A DNA stretch of 64,000 nucleotides, taken from assembly GCA_965199825.1 (NCBI GenBank), contig OZ241329.1, forward strand, positions 672,001 to 736,000, given 5' to 3'. This document shows, piece after piece, positions 11,173-21,984 of this stretch. This DNA is from Bdellovibrionales bacterium. Lineage in GTDB: Bacteria > Bdellovibrionota > Bdellovibrionia > Bdellovibrionales > UBA1609. Under the pieces are notes generated by a model. That model made no database searches and was not told the origin of the DNA. It saw only the letters and a list, made by a program, of their open reading frames with translations. The position numbers and the translations under genes are program-made. How positions within the stretch are numbered: the stretch's first letter is position 1; each line of letters begins with the position of its first letter.

Positions 11173-11540
11173 ATGGGTTTTATAACGGCAAGAGTTTGAC
11201 CGATTTGAACCTGATCGCCCACTTTACAAGAAATAAATTCGATAATGCCTGGACCGGTGCTTTCGAGAGTGTACTCCATCTTCATCGCCTCCATCACAAT
11301 AATGGGTTGACGTTCCAAAACTCGCATCTTCGATTGCGCAAAGATTTTTATAATTTTGCCCGGCATCGGGGCCTTGATATTGGAGGCTTGTCCAGGCGCT
11401 TTGGATTTTTCTGCAGTCTCGACATTTTTTTCGACCGCAAAAGTTTTTCCGTTAAAATGAAACCAAAGAACTCCATTGATTTTTTTTGTCGGAATAAAAT
11501 AAGTGCGTCCTTCAAATTTTATTTCCAGCTGTAGCTCCAA
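11169..11540 (-). CDS. Biotin carboxyl carrier protein of methylcrotonyl-CoA carboxylase
   Basis: APMPGKI and EAMKME biotinylation motif. Confidence 0.9.
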   Translation of the reverse strand: MELQLEIKFEGRTYFIPTKKINGVLWFHFNGKTFAVEKNVETAEKSKAPGQASNIKAPMPGKIIKIFAQSKMRVLERQPIIVMEAMKMEYTLESTGPGIIEFISCKVGDQVQIGQTLAVIKPI

Positions 11541-12976
11541 GGGCTTTGTTGTGTGACCTTGTCACCCATAAAACCGTCGAGCTCAAGTCCAAGCTCAACT
11601 TCAAATCGACTCAAAGCTTCGGGCTTTAAGCCCTCTGCAAAATGGGATTCAATAAATCGTGTTGTCATCACGCCATCAATAAATTCAGGATGACTCAACA
11701 TTTTTTGTAGGAATGGAATATTTGTTTTAATCCCGAAAACAATTGTCTCTGATAAAACATGCCTCATTTTTTGAATCGCTCTGAGGCGTGTTTCATCAAA
11801 CACCACAACTTTTGCAATCATTGAATCATAAAACGAAGTGACCTCATCGCCTTCTTCAAAACCAAAATCAAAACGTCGACCCGCCCCTTGCGGAAAAAAG
11901 CTATATCCGATCACACCAGTTGATGGGATACCATTGCGAAAAGGATCTTCGGCATATAGCCGGCACTCAATGCTATGGCCATGCGGTTTCAGATTTTTAA
12001 AATTTACCGAATCGCCTTGAGCGGTTAAAATTTGTGATTTAACGAGGTCAATCCCCCAAGTGAATTCGGTCACAGGATGCTCAACTTGAAGTCGGGTGTT
12101 CATTTCCATAAAGTAGAATTGATGATCCTGAACCAAAAACTCAACTGTTCCGGCACTTTTGTAGCGGGCCGCCTCGGCCAACATGGTCGCCGAGTTATAG
12201 AGTTGTTTTCGTATGTAATCATCAAGCGCAGCGGCCGGTGCTTCTTCAATAATTTTTTGATGTCGGCGTTGGACCGAACATTCGCGATCACCCAAAGCAA
12301 AAATATATCCGCTGGCATCACCAAAAATCTGGACCTCAATGTGCTTTGCCCGATCTAAATATTTTTCGATAAAAATATGATCAGATCCAAAACTGCTTAA
12401 GCCCTCACGTCGAGAGGACTCGATGGCCGACAAGGCCTGATCCATTTGGCGAATCACTTTGAGTCCACGTCCGCCGCCGCCGGCTGCGGCTTTTACAATA
12501 ACGGGTAAACCAATTTCTTTTATTTTTTGTAAAAGAGTGGCATCGCTTTGATCAGAGCCCTCATAGCCGGAAATGATCGGAATTTTTAAATTTCGCGCCA
12601 TCTTTTTTGCAGAAATCTTGTCGCCAAAAATACGAATGCTCTCAGAAGAGGGACCAATAAAAGTCACACCCGCTTTTTCAAGACCTGCGGCAAAATCGGC
12701 GTTCTCAGATAAAAAACCAAATCCGGGATGGAGCGCATCTGCACCTGCCGCGAGCGCACCATTGATATTGGATTCAATATTTAAATAACTTTGTTGAACT
12801 GGGCTTGGGCCGATACACAATCTCTCATTGGCCATACGATAAGCCCGAGTTTTGATATCGGCTTCCGAATGAAGCAAAACAGTCTCAATGCCAAGCTCAT
12901 GACAGGCTTGCAAGATTCGAACGGCCACTTCGCCCCGATTGGCCACAGCTATTTTTTGAAATGCTAACTTTGCCAT
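11519..12976 (-). CDS. Biotin carboxylase subunit (MCC alpha, BC domain)
   Basis: ANRGEVA, HPGFGFLSEN, GGGGRG, RECSVQRRHQK, EMNTRLQVEHPVTE. Confidence 0.93.
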   Translation of the reverse strand: MAKLAFQKIAVANRGEVAVRILQACHELGIETVLLHSEADIKTRAYRMANERLCIGPSPVQQSYLNIESNINGALAAGADALHPGFGFLSENADFAAGLEKAGVTFIGPSSESIRIFGDKISAKKMARNLKIPIISGYEGSDQSDATLLQKIKEIGLPVIVKAAAGGGGRGLKVIRQMDQALSAIESSRREGLSSFGSDHIFIEKYLDRAKHIEVQIFGDASGYIFALGDRECSVQRRHQKIIEEAPAAALDDYIRKQLYNSATMLAEAARYKSAGTVEFLVQDHQFYFMEMNTRLQVEHPVTEFTWGIDLVKSQILTAQGDSVNFKNLKPHGHSIECRLYAEDPFRNGIPSTGVIGYSFFPQGAGRRFDFGFEEGDEVTSFYDSMIAKVVVFDETRLRAIQKMRHVLSETIVFGIKTNIPFLQKMLSHPEFIDGVMTTRFIESHFAEGLKPEALSRFEVELGLELDGFMGDKVTQQSPWSYSWK

Positions 12977-13704
12977 TGAGGCTTTCGCTTTTCGAAAAAG
13001 GCGTTGAATCCCTCTTGGCCTTCATCACTGGTGCGAAGTTCGGCAATGAGTTCGGTGGTTAATTTTTTAAAACTCTCGACCGGCAAAATATGATTGCAAA
13101 GAGTTTTGGTTTTGTTCATCGCACTAGGGCTATTTTTTTTAATTTGGATCAGAGTGTCTTCAAGCCAAACCTCATCGCCGATGGCTTGAACCAATCCGGA
13201 TTGCAAAGCTTGATGAGCATCAAAGCTTCGACCCGATATCATCATCGCCCGGGCAAAGCCTGGATTCATTTTTTGTAAAACAAATGAACTAATCACCGCA
13301 GGCGCAATTCCCAAGCGCACCTCTGAAAAACAAAATGTGGTGTCTGGTGATGCAAGAGCCATATCGCTTGCCGCAATTAAACCTAAGCCGCCGCCAAAAA
13401 TTGCGCCATGAACAAAACTAACCACCACAGCCTTACAATTTCGAATCGACTCAAACAGTCCAAAAAGTTTTTGGGCCTCTGACAAATTATCTCCATAACT
13501 TTGATCTTTTGAATTTTTCATATCGTCAAGATCTGCACCTGCGCAAAAAGTTTGGCCTTCACCTCTCAGCACAACTGCAGTGGCGGTGGTCGACTCAAAA
13601 ATCTGGGTCAGCTCTTTGATCAGCTCAGAATTCAAGGCATTGCGCCGCTCGGGTCGACTGAGAGTCACATGCAAAATGGTATCAAACAATTGAGACTTGA
13701 TCAT
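12964..13704 (-). CDS. Enoyl-CoA hydratase family, probable methylglutaconyl-CoA hydratase (LiuC-like)
   Basis: RRNAL, FCAGADL, GGGLGL, FSEVRLG, EGQEG..AFFEKRKP; operon context. Confidence 0.88.
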   Translation of the reverse strand: MIKSQLFDTILHVTLSRPERRNALNSELIKELTQIFESTTATAVVLRGEGQTFCAGADLDDMKNSKDQSYGDNLSEAQKLFGLFESIRNCKAVVVSFVHGAIFGGGLGLIAASDMALASPDTTFCFSEVRLGIAPAVISSFVLQKMNPGFARAMMISGRSFDAHQALQSGLVQAIGDEVWLEDTLIQIKKNSPSAMNKTKTLCNHILPVESFKKLTTELIAELRTSDEGQEGFNAFFEKRKPQWQS

Positions 13705-13708
13705 CAGC

Positions 13709-15310
13709 TCACATCCGAAAAATTCCGTGTTTCAGTGGATCCCAAGATTTGTTCATGGAAGCACTTAAGCCCAAGGATAAAACCCGGCGGGTGTCCCGCG
13801 GATCAATGATGCCGTCATCCCACAGGCGAGCGGTAGAATAATAAGCCGAGCTTTCGTCTTCATATTTTTTTAAAGTTGGTTTTTTGAATTCCTGTTGCTC
13901 TGAAACATTCATCTCCAAACCTTTAAGTGCCAGCTGGTCTTTTTTGATGGTGAGTAAAACATTTGCAGCCTGTTCTCCTCCCATCACGCTAATTCGAGCA
14001 TTGGGCCACATCCACAGCTGCCGAGGTTGAAACGCCCTGCCGCACATTCCGTAATTGCCCGCCCCATAGGAGCCGCCAATAATGACCGTAAATTTCGGAA
14101 CCCGCGCGTTGCTCACCGCCATCACCATCTTTGCTCCATGTTTGGCGATACCTTCGTTCTCAAATTTTTGGCCCACCATAAATCCTGTGATGTTTTGCAA
14201 AAAAATCAGCGGAATATTGCGCTGATCACACAGTTCAACAAAGTGAGCCGCCTTGAGTGCACTTTCACTAAAAAGCACTCCGTTATTGGCGACGATTCCC
14301 ACCGGATAACCAAAAATATGGGCAAAGCCGGTAACAAGAGTTGAGCCGTAACGACTTTTAAATTCATGAAACCGACTGCCATCCACAAGGCGCGCGATAA
14401 TCTCACGCACTTCAAATTGAACCTTTGGATCTCGGCTCACAATTCCATAGAGATCTTCAGAAGAATACAACGGCTCAACCACTGACTCGGTCACAAGCTG
14501 CACCGGTTTTTTACGCTTCAAGGTTGCAACAATTTGGCGAGCAATTTTAAAAGCCTCGCTCTCGCTAGAGGCATAATGATCGGTCACACCACTAATATCG
14601 CAGTGAACTTTTGCTCCGCCCAGATCTTGGGCCGAGACTTCCTCGCCCGTTGCGGCTTTAACCAGGGGTGGGCCGCCTAAAAAGATTGTGCCGTTTTCCT
14701 CAACAATAATATTCTCATCACTCATTGCGGGAACGTAGGCTCCACCTGCGGTGCAACTCCCGAGCACAACCGAAATTTGGGCAAGACCTTGCGCCGACAT
14801 TTGGGCCTGATTATAAAAGATCCGACCAAAATGATCACGGTCAGGAAACACTTCAGATTGCAGAGGCAAAAATGCGCCGCCACTATCAACCAGATAAATA
14901 CAAGGCAAACCATTTTCGCTTGCGATCTCTTGAGCGCGTAAATGCTTTTTTACGGTCATCGGAAAATAGGTCCCACCTTTTACTGTGGGATCATTTGCAA
15001 CGATGATGATCTCGACTCCGCACACCACACCAATACCGGTGATCAGACCCGCAGCTGCGGCTTCGTCATTATAAAGACCATTGGCCGCAAGACTCGAAAA
15101 TTCCAAAAATGAAGATTGAGGATCGCACAATTTTTGAATGCGCTCGCGCACAGAAAATTTATTTCGGCTTTTGAGTCGATCTAAAGTTTCAGCTGAGGGC
15201 TCATTTTTTTTAAGATGTTCATTGAGATTTTGAACCTGCTCGAGCATCGCTTGGCGATTCGAAGCGAATAAATCAGAGTTGCGATCAATACGTGTTTCTA
15301 AAATACTCAT
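13709..15310 (-). CDS. Methylcrotonyl-CoA carboxylase beta (carboxyltransferase) subunit (LiuB-like)
   Basis: [51 protein letters not shown]. Confidence 0.95.
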   Translation of the reverse strand: MSILETRIDRNSDLFASNRQAMLEQVQNLNEHLKKNEPSAETLDRLKSRNKFSVRERIQKLCDPQSSFLEFSSLAANGLYNDEAAAAGLITGIGVVCGVEIIIVANDPTVKGGTYFPMTVKKHLRAQEIASENGLPCIYLVDSGGAFLPLQSEVFPDRDHFGRIFYNQAQMSAQGLAQISVVLGSCTAGGAYVPAMSDENIIVEENGTIFLGGPPLVKAATGEEVSAQDLGGAKVHCDISGVTDHYASSESEAFKIARQIVATLKRKKPVQLVTESVVEPLYSSEDLYGIVSRDPKVQFEVREIIARLVDGSRFHEFKSRYGSTLVTGFAHIFGYPVGIVANNGVLFSESALKAAHFVELCDQRNIPLIFLQNITGFMVGQKFENEGIAKHGAKMVMAVSNARVPKFTVIIGGSYGAGNYGMCGRAFQPRQLWMWPNARISVMGGEQAANVLLTIKKDQLALKGLEMNVSEQQEFKKPTLKKYEDESSAYYSTARLWDDGIIDPRDTRRVLSLGLSASMNKSWDPLKHGIFRM

Positions 15311-15326
15311 TGGCGTTCAACCTTAA

Positions 15327-15803
15327 TCACTTCGGTGCGCTTAAGCGAGCAAAAAGTCGGGTGTGAATTTGTAAGATGATTTGCCCAACGATCAACCCTT
15401 CGCTTGTCCTTAAACTCCACATCATTTCTATCGGACCTTTAAGGTCGGTCAAAAGATCTTCACGCTCCTGCGCCAAAAGTCGGTAAGTTAAATTAAATTT
15501 GGAATTTGCGATTTTGCTCTGCACTCGGATGTCTTTGATTTCAAATTGTGGCAAAAACTGCGACCAAAATCGCTGGGCCAAAATCTCAGCAATCAAGACA
15601 GTTGTGGCAAGCGAGGCCGATCGACTAAAATGACCACCGATTTTTTCAAGCGAATCATTTTTTAAAATAAATCCGGTGGCCAAAAATGCAAACTCTCGGG
15701 TTAATGATGCAGGGCTTAACAAAGAATTCAAACCGAAGCGCTTCATAGACTCATAGGCATACTCCAGTTTATAACTTGAAAGAAATGAAATACCTTGGCC
15801 CAC
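15327..15803 (-). CDS. Hypothetical protein
   Basis: 158 aa ORF co-oriented upstream of the liu operon; true start probably further downstream. Confidence 0.5.
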   Translation of the reverse strand: MGQGISFLSSYKLEYAYESMKRFGLNSLLSPASLTREFAFLATGFILKNDSLEKIGGHFSRSASLATTVLIAEILAQRFWSQFLPQFEIKDIRVQSKIANSKFNLTYRLLAQEREDLLTDLKGPIEMMWSLRTSEGLIVGQIILQIHTRLFARLSAPK

Positions 15804-16204
15804 TCGTCCTTATTTTATTGATGTGTTTATCGTGGAAGCTTGCAAACTTCGAGAGTCCAATCTCTCAACAGGTGCATGTTTCTATTCAACAAGATTTAAA
15901 AAAAATCATTAGCGATTACATTCAGCAAAATCTGCCGAACTCAAAAGATCTTCGCTTTGATCGCTTTTGGACAGAGACGATGTCGCTTGATAAAGTGAAA
16001 GCCTCTTTTTTATATTCCTTTGAAGATACCACCGAGGCCTCGGGTCAAGCCCGGGTCCAGGTCGATGGGTACGCCATTTTAAATCGCGATAAGGCAAGCT
16101 CTGATGACAAAAAAGAAACCTGGAGTTTTGATGAACTCTACATTTCAAATAGTCAGATCGAGTTTAAAGATCCAATGACCATAACCCCAGATAAATCCGA
16201 GTGA
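15785..16204 (+). CDS. Hypothetical exported protein
   Basis: Hydrophobic N-terminus after MKYLGP; stop overlaps the next GTG. Confidence 0.7.
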   Translation: MKYLGPLVLILLMCLSWKLANFESPISQQVHVSIQQDLKKIISDYIQQNLPNSKDLRFDRFWTETMSLDKVKASFLYSFEDTTEASGQARVQVDGYAILNRDKASSDDKKETWSFDELYISNSQIEFKDPMTITPDKSE

Positions 16205-17202
16205 GTCACTATCTCAGCCTCGATGAAGAGGGTTATTTTATGTCTCAAGGGTTGCGCTGGGATCAAGCTGAGCCCGAAATGTTTGAGAGTCTTAAGCGGA
16301 CTTCAACCGGTGCATTTCAAGTCACATTAAAAAATGAAGACTATTTGCTTGAGGCTTTTGACCAACCCTTGGTGGTTCAAAATGTCGAAATTAAAGATCG
16401 GCTTGAGTTGCAATTTCCCTATGGATTTAAGGCCACTGCCGATTTTAAAAGCTTGAGTTGCGATTCTTTTGATCGCTTTCATGGATTAACAGATCAAGGT
16501 TTTCCATTTGTTTTTTCGCGCAAGGCTCAGGCCCAACTTTTTAATTTGGCAGAAGATTATGACGATGATTCGCTTACTTTTAATGGCCACAAGTATCAGC
16601 TTGAGCCTTGGCTGGTTGAAGATCAGACCGTCATCAAGAATGATTTTTGGGATAAGCGATACTCGAGCGGCGAGACCCAATGGAATATGAGCGAGCCCCA
16701 TCCTGGTCTTGTTGATGCTTTGCCCCAGTTAAAACTTCCGCGCAGCCGCATTGGAATCTTGGGTTGTGGCGAAGGTCATGACGCCGCCTTTTTGGCAAAG
16801 TCGGGGCATCTTGTGACCGCTTATGATTTTAGTGATGAGGCTTTAAAAAAAGCACGCGAACTCTACGGCACAATTCCAGGTCTTACTTTTAAAAAGGCCG
16901 ATGTGTTCGAGATGAAAGAACGCGAATGCTTTGATGTGATTTTCGAACACACATTTTTTTGTGCGATCCCACCTTCAAAACGCGAAGAGTTAATCGCTCT
17001 TTGGCGTCAATTGCTGACACCGTCTGGTTATGTGCTCGGCATCTTCTTTGTGGTAGAAAAACGCAAAGGTCCGCCGTGGGGTGCAACCGAATGGGAACTC
17101 AAGCGTCGGATGCAAAAAAAGTTTGAAGCTTTGTATTGGAATCGTCTGCGCGTGGGCCCCCGACTGGGTCGAGAGCTCATTATGTTAATGCGCAAAATCT
17201 AA
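16201..17202 (+). CDS. Class I SAM methyltransferase (TPMT-like) with an N-terminal extension
   Basis: FWDKRY...W, ILGCGEGHDA, FDVIFEHTFFCAI, GPPWG. Confidence 0.85.
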   Translation: MSHYLSLDEEGYFMSQGLRWDQAEPEMFESLKRTSTGAFQVTLKNEDYLLEAFDQPLVVQNVEIKDRLELQFPYGFKATADFKSLSCDSFDRFHGLTDQGFPFVFSRKAQAQLFNLAEDYDDDSLTFNGHKYQLEPWLVEDQTVIKNDFWDKRYSSGETQWNMSEPHPGLVDALPQLKLPRSRIGILGCGEGHDAAFLAKSGHLVTAYDFSDEALKKARELYGTIPGLTFKKADVFEMKERECFDVIFEHTFFCAIPPSKREELIALWRQLLTPSGYVLGIFFVVEKRKGPPWGATEWELKRRMQKKFEALYWNRLRVGPRLGRELIMLMRKI

Positions 17203-19254
17203 AGTTTGAAATAAAAATTCATACTCAAGAGCCTCGTTTGCCGCTTTATCTTTAAGAAGCATATGGCCACCATGACCGCCCTCGGTCTCTTCATGATAAT
17301 AAAATTTTGATTTTAACTCCTCAAGCCGTGCCGCAAACTTTCGAGCATGTAACGGATGGACCCGATCATCATGCAGCGAACTTGCAAGGTAAGTGGGAGG
17401 ATATTGCACATCGGATTTAAGATGATGGTATGGCGAATAAATATAATTTGTTTTCTGAGGATCGCCGTACTCATCCATCCAGCTCGCACCGGCCAAAAAC
17501 AAATTGTAGCGCAGCATATCTGTTAGTGGAAACAGCACCAGACTTGCCCCAAAAAGCTCAGGCCTTTGAGTCATCGCCGCAGCTGTGAGGAGCCCCCCAT
17601 TACTGTACCCCCGAATTGCCAGCTGATGAGGTGTGGTCAAATTTTGGGCGATCAGATCTTCAGCAACAGCAATAAAATCATCATATGTTTTTTGTTTATT
17701 TTCGCGCTGAGCCGCCTCATGCCACTGCGGTCCAAATTCTGATCCACCACGAAGATGGGCCAAAACATAAGAGCCCCCGCGCTCGAGCCAGACCTTGCCC
17801 AACACCGCGTCGTACTGGGGCCACATCGCAGACCCGAATCCCCCATAGCCGGTCAACAAAGTGGGCCTTGACCCTTTAGCCGACTTTCCTCGAACGAGTT
17901 CATAGGGAATATGTGTTCCGTCTTTCGATAATGCCGTACGCATTTCAACTTCAAAGTGAGCTTCAGAAAATTCAGAAGGATTTTTTTTAATCAATGTGGT
18001 GGTCAGATTGGGATGGAGTTGATCGAGTCGATCTGGTTTTAAGAATCCTTTTGAAGAGATCCAAATTCTCTGATCACGAGGATCGGTGGATAAGGGCATC
18101 AAGTCTACGGTCTCACCTTTTTCGAACTGCTTTTCTCTCACGACCAAAAAATCTTTAAGCTTACCAATGCGAAAAGTTCGCACCCGAAATCTAAGATTTT
18201 CGGTAATCAGAGCGTAAACATAATCATCTGAAGTTTGAATATCTTGAAGCGACATCAAATCACTCGGTTCAAATAAAGATTGAAGTTTTTGGGGCTTTTC
18301 TTTTCCTAATGATTCAAAAAGATCAAAGGCAATCAAACTTCCGGCTTTAAAATTAAGGTATTGTTTTTTAAGGCGCACAAGCCCCCGACCTTGGGGCGCA
18401 TCCAGCAGCTCGGCATCCGAGGGAAGTGGAATGGGCTCGATTTTACCTGTCTCTGCCTCAAGCAAAAAATAGTCGTGATCAAAAAAAGTGCGATGCTTTT
18501 CGAGAACAAAATAATATTTATTTTTAATCCAGACCGGATACATCGAAGATCGTAAATCTTTTTTTCCAACCGTGATCAAAGTTTTGGCTTCCGCCAGTTT
18601 TTGACCGCGCTTGAGCAGTCGGACCTCTGCTGGATAGCCCGACTCGGTCATAGTTTGGGGGCCAAAATCGGTACTCACCAAAACGGTGCTTCGATCAACC
18701 CACTCCACCTGATTTTTAGCAGCGGGCATATCAAAACCTTCGTTCACAAAACTTTTAGTGTCGACATCGAATTCTCTGACCGTAGTGGCATCCTCGCCCG
18801 AATGGGAAAGACTGATGAGGCAGCGTTTAAAATCTGGAAAAAGACATTTGGCTTGATCAAAATTCCAGATCTGATTTTCTTTTTTTGAAAGCTCTAAAAA
18901 ATCAATCAAGACTTCCCACTTGGGCTCGGGCTTACGATATTCTTTTTCTGTAGCTCTGCGCCACACCCCTCGCGGATAGGTCGCGTCTTGCAAAAAGTTA
19001 TAGGCAAAACCGCCACGAAAGCGTGCAAATCGAATCTTTTTTTGCTCGTTGAGTATTTTTAAAATTTCATCTTGGATTTTTTTAAATCGCTCAGACTTTG
19101 CAAGCGAATTTTCGGTTTCGGTATTGTGCTGCAGTACCCATGCGCTCGATTTTTGTGAATCAAGCGATTCAAGCCAGGCGAAGGAGTCATCTGTTTTTTT
19201 GGGGTGAGTCGCGCATGACAAAAGAAAAAAGCTGAGAACAATAATTTTGACCAT
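17185..19254 (-). CDS. Prolyl oligopeptidase (S9A), lipoprotein signal
   Basis: LLSC lipobox, GYGGF, RGGSEFGPQWH, GYSNGG nucleophile, DDRVHP, GGHG. Confidence 0.93.
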   Translation of the reverse strand: MVKIIVLSFFLLSCATHPKKTDDSFAWLESLDSQKSSAWVLQHNTETENSLAKSERFKKIQDEILKILNEQKKIRFARFRGGFAYNFLQDATYPRGVWRRATEKEYRKPEPKWEVLIDFLELSKKENQIWNFDQAKCLFPDFKRCLISLSHSGEDATTVREFDVDTKSFVNEGFDMPAAKNQVEWVDRSTVLVSTDFGPQTMTESGYPAEVRLLKRGQKLAEAKTLITVGKKDLRSSMYPVWIKNKYYFVLEKHRTFFDHDYFLLEAETGKIEPIPLPSDAELLDAPQGRGLVRLKKQYLNFKAGSLIAFDLFESLGKEKPQKLQSLFEPSDLMSLQDIQTSDDYVYALITENLRFRVRTFRIGKLKDFLVVREKQFEKGETVDLMPLSTDPRDQRIWISSKGFLKPDRLDQLHPNLTTTLIKKNPSEFSEAHFEVEMRTALSKDGTHIPYELVRGKSAKGSRPTLLTGYGGFGSAMWPQYDAVLGKVWLERGGSYVLAHLRGGSEFGPQWHEAAQRENKQKTYDDFIAVAEDLIAQNLTTPHQLAIRGYSNGGLLTAAAMTQRPELFGASLVLFPLTDMLRYNLFLAGASWMDEYGDPQKTNYIYSPYHHLKSDVQYPPTYLASSLHDDRVHPLHARKFAARLEELKSKFYYHEETEGGHGGHMLLKDKAANEALEYEFLFQTLDFAH

Positions 19255-19303
19255 TTGAAATCATAGGCATAGCTGATAGGGAAAATAAACAATCAAAATT
19301 TTA

Positions 19304-21511
19304 CTAATTTGGTACAATCAATGCTGAACCAATTGCCGAAGAGTTATCGTCGGTAAAATTTTGCGAGCTTCCACCGGCAATCGTTGAAATGATTCCAGTT
19401 TTGGCTGAAACCTGGCGGATCCGCCCACTTGTGTAATCGATTAAAATAAGATCACCAGCCGAATTCAATTTTATATTCGAGGATTGTATTGTTGCTTTGT
19501 TCGCAAAATCATTGTCACCCGATGTTCCTTTGACTCCTGTACCAACAACTGTCGAAATTTGATAAGCTTTGCTGTCAACGGTACTCAGTTTTCGAATGAC
19601 GGCATTAATGGCATCAAAAATAAAAATGTCACCTTTCGAATTTATCGCTAAATAAGTAGGTGAATTCATTTGTGCCAAAGCTGATGCTCCTCCATCGCCA
19701 GAATAACCAGCCTCGCTCGTTCCAGCAATCGTTTCAATTTTTCCCGTGCTCGATAGGATTCGGCGAACAACATTATTGCTTGAATCTGCAATCCAAAGAT
19801 TGTTTGCACTATCAAAAGCAAGCCCGGTTGGAGAATTTAAGCGAGCGTTGATCGCAAGACCGCCATCTCCTGAATATCCAAAGGTGCCATCGCCAGCGAT
19901 TGTTGTGACGACATTATTACTGAGATTCAGTTTTCTAATCACCGAATAATCTGAATCAACAAAATAGAGATCGCCGCTCAGATCGAATGATAAATCCCAT
20001 ACGCTTCCGATTTGTGCTTGAGTTCCAAGTCCTCCATCACCTGAATATCCATCCGTGCCGTTACCAACTACGGTTGAGATCATTCCAGCTTTGTTGACCT
20101 TAAGAATGCGTCGATTGCCGACATCCGAAAAATAGAGTTCACCCAATGGAGAAACCACGACTGGACCCGGGCCATTGATCACAGATTCAGTTGCCTGTGT
20201 CGCTTTTGGGAAAACCCCATGAAATATTCCGGCAACTGGCGATATCAAACCTGTTTGAGCATTGATTCTCACAAGCACACGATCGGGATTAACAATAAAA
20301 ACAAGATTATCATCTGCATCGATAACAACAGGATTTGAATATCCAACATTCAAATTTTTAGGCGATCCAAACATCAGCATATTCAACGCAACAAATGGAA
20401 AAACGCCGCTGATTGTATGAACTAAATTGGAGTTTACATCAATTTTGCGAATACTATATTGTCCCAAGGCGCTAAAATAAATATTGCCGGCTCGATCTAC
20501 TGCAAGACTCGCAATTTCTCCTAATATAGTTTTGTTTGCTGGGTGTCCATCTTCATTGATCCCATCACTTGAAGCTGATCCAGCGTAAGTCGTCATTATG
20601 CCAGTTACTGAATCTACTCGTCGAATTTGATAATCTGCGATCAAAAGATTACCTCCCGGATCGAAGCTTAATCCATGTGGGATACTAATTGAGCTTTGGG
20701 TTGCTAAAACGCCGTCATTATTTCCATCAAACTCTTTCCCTGTTCCGGCGTAAACACTCAGTATCCCAATTGGAGTGACCTTTAAAACACGAGCAGTTAT
20801 CCCATCGGCTATAAACAAATTTCCTAACGTATCCACCGCAATTGCGGCAAACTCATTGGTGAAGCCGGTCGCTGTTGCCGACATCCCATCTTGCACTTGA
20901 GCTAATGCGGCGGAATTTCCACCAGCAAAGGTTGTGATGACTCCAGTTTTTCCGTCAACTCTACGAATTACTAAATTCTTGCTGTCGCAAATAAAAACAT
21001 TGTCCTGTTGATCTACCGCAAGACAGGTGGGCGCAGATAAAAGGCTGAGAGTTGCGGGCCCTCCATCCCCAGAGTAACCGATCTTATTTGTTTGACCCGC
21101 TACTAAGGTAAGTTTGTTTGTCGACTTTTCTATTTTATAAACAACGCTAAGCCCATTATCTGCCAAAAACAAATTGCCGTTCTTGTCGTAGGCAGTTCCC
21201 CAAGGGTTACTAAAATTTGTCTGAAACGCCGAACCGACGAGACCTGCAACGGTTTGAAGAGTCCCGTCGCGACTATTGATTCTTCTGATGGTATTGGTGC
21301 CGAGTTCAGAAAAATAAAAGTTGCCTTGAGTATCAAAACGCTGAGTCGAAACTTGCCAGGGTTGGTTTACAAAAGCAGAAGAGGATTGATCTAAGCTCAT
21401 TTTCATAGCGCCAAAACCTGAAGAGCAGTTTTGGAAACACACCCCAATCAGAGTGACAAACAGTAAAAGCAAAGCAAATTTGAGTTTGCTGTTTCGATAT
21501 CGAATTGCCAT
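19304..21511 (-). CDS. NHL-repeat (teneurin-like) surface lipoprotein
   Basis: Repeated GYSGDGG.A....L..P.GLAFD..GNL.IAD..N..IRRI units; VCFQNCS signal. Confidence 0.88.
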   Translation of the reverse strand: MAIRYRNSKLKFALLLLFVTLIGVCFQNCSSGFGAMKMSLDQSSSAFVNQPWQVSTQRFDTQGNFYFSELGTNTIRRINSRDGTLQTVAGLVGSAFQTNFSNPWGTAYDKNGNLFLADNGLSVVYKIEKSTNKLTLVAGQTNKIGYSGDGGPATLSLLSAPTCLAVDQQDNVFICDSKNLVIRRVDGKTGVITTFAGGNSAALAQVQDGMSATATGFTNEFAAIAVDTLGNLFIADGITARVLKVTPIGILSVYAGTGKEFDGNNDGVLATQSSISIPHGLSFDPGGNLLIADYQIRRVDSVTGIMTTYAGSASSDGINEDGHPANKTILGEIASLAVDRAGNIYFSALGQYSIRKIDVNSNLVHTISGVFPFVALNMLMFGSPKNLNVGYSNPVVIDADDNLVFIVNPDRVLVRINAQTGLISPVAGIFHGVFPKATQATESVINGPGPVVVSPLGELYFSDVGNRRILKVNKAGMISTVVGNGTDGYSGDGGLGTQAQIGSVWDLSFDLSGDLYFVDSDYSVIRKLNLSNNVVTTIAGDGTFGYSGDGGLAINARLNSPTGLAFDSANNLWIADSSNNVVRRILSSTGKIETIAGTSEAGYSGDGGASALAQMNSPTYLAINSKGDIFIFDAINAVIRKLSTVDSKAYQISTVVGTGVKGTSGDNDFANKATIQSSNIKLNSAGDLILIDYTSGRIRQVSAKTGIISTIAGGSSQNFTDDNSSAIGSALIVPN

Positions 21512-21517
21512 TAGAAC

Positions 21518-21545
21518 TTTTCGGATTCAAAGGGGTAAATCTTAA
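21518..21545 (-). promoter_or_regulatory. Putative sigma28 (FliA) promoter of the NHL gene
   Basis: Minus strand TTAAG-N15-TCCGAAAA, ending 6 nt before the ATG at 21511. Confidence 0.55.
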
Positions 21546-21580
21546 TGAGCGATCTGTCTCGTATTGAAACAAGTGTTGCT

Positions 21581-21618
21581 TAAAAATAAAGGGCGAAAGC
21601 TTTTAAGCCCTCGCCCTT
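21581..21618 (-). terminator. Intrinsic terminator of rnpB
   Basis: AAGGGCGA...TCGCCCTT stem followed by a T-rich tract on the minus strand. Confidence 0.75.
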
Positions 21619-21620
21619 AA

Positions 21621-21966
21621 GTTCGTACAACTATAAGCCGGATTCTGTTGGCAAAAGCGTTAAACTTTTGCTGATGCTCATTCATCTGAGAAAATCATTG
21701 CTGATTTCCTTAAGCGATCGACCCGAAAACTTCGTACTGGCCGTACATGTGTTTTCCTATTTGATCTTGCTCCGCGCAGAGTTTGGCTGTTTTCACTCCA
21801 GCGGCTCCCAAACTATCTCCCGTTCCCAATAGTAAGATCAAAGCCCTGGACATTCTCTCTGTTCCACTGTTCCTCACCTTACGGTGGAGGGGCGTTACCC
21901 CCTGCGCTGCCATGTGGAGTCCGGACTTTCCTCTCCGTTGAAGGAGCGAACATCCATCGGACGAAC
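21621..21966 (-). ncRNA. rnpB: RNase P RNA (bacterial type A)
   Basis: Minus strand GAGGAAAGTCCGGACTC near the 5' end, GGGTAACGCCC, ACAGAATCCGGCTTA near the 3' end; P1 pairing GTTCGT/ACGAAC. Confidence 0.96.
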
Positions 21967-21984
21967 GCTCTTTGCTATCATGAT

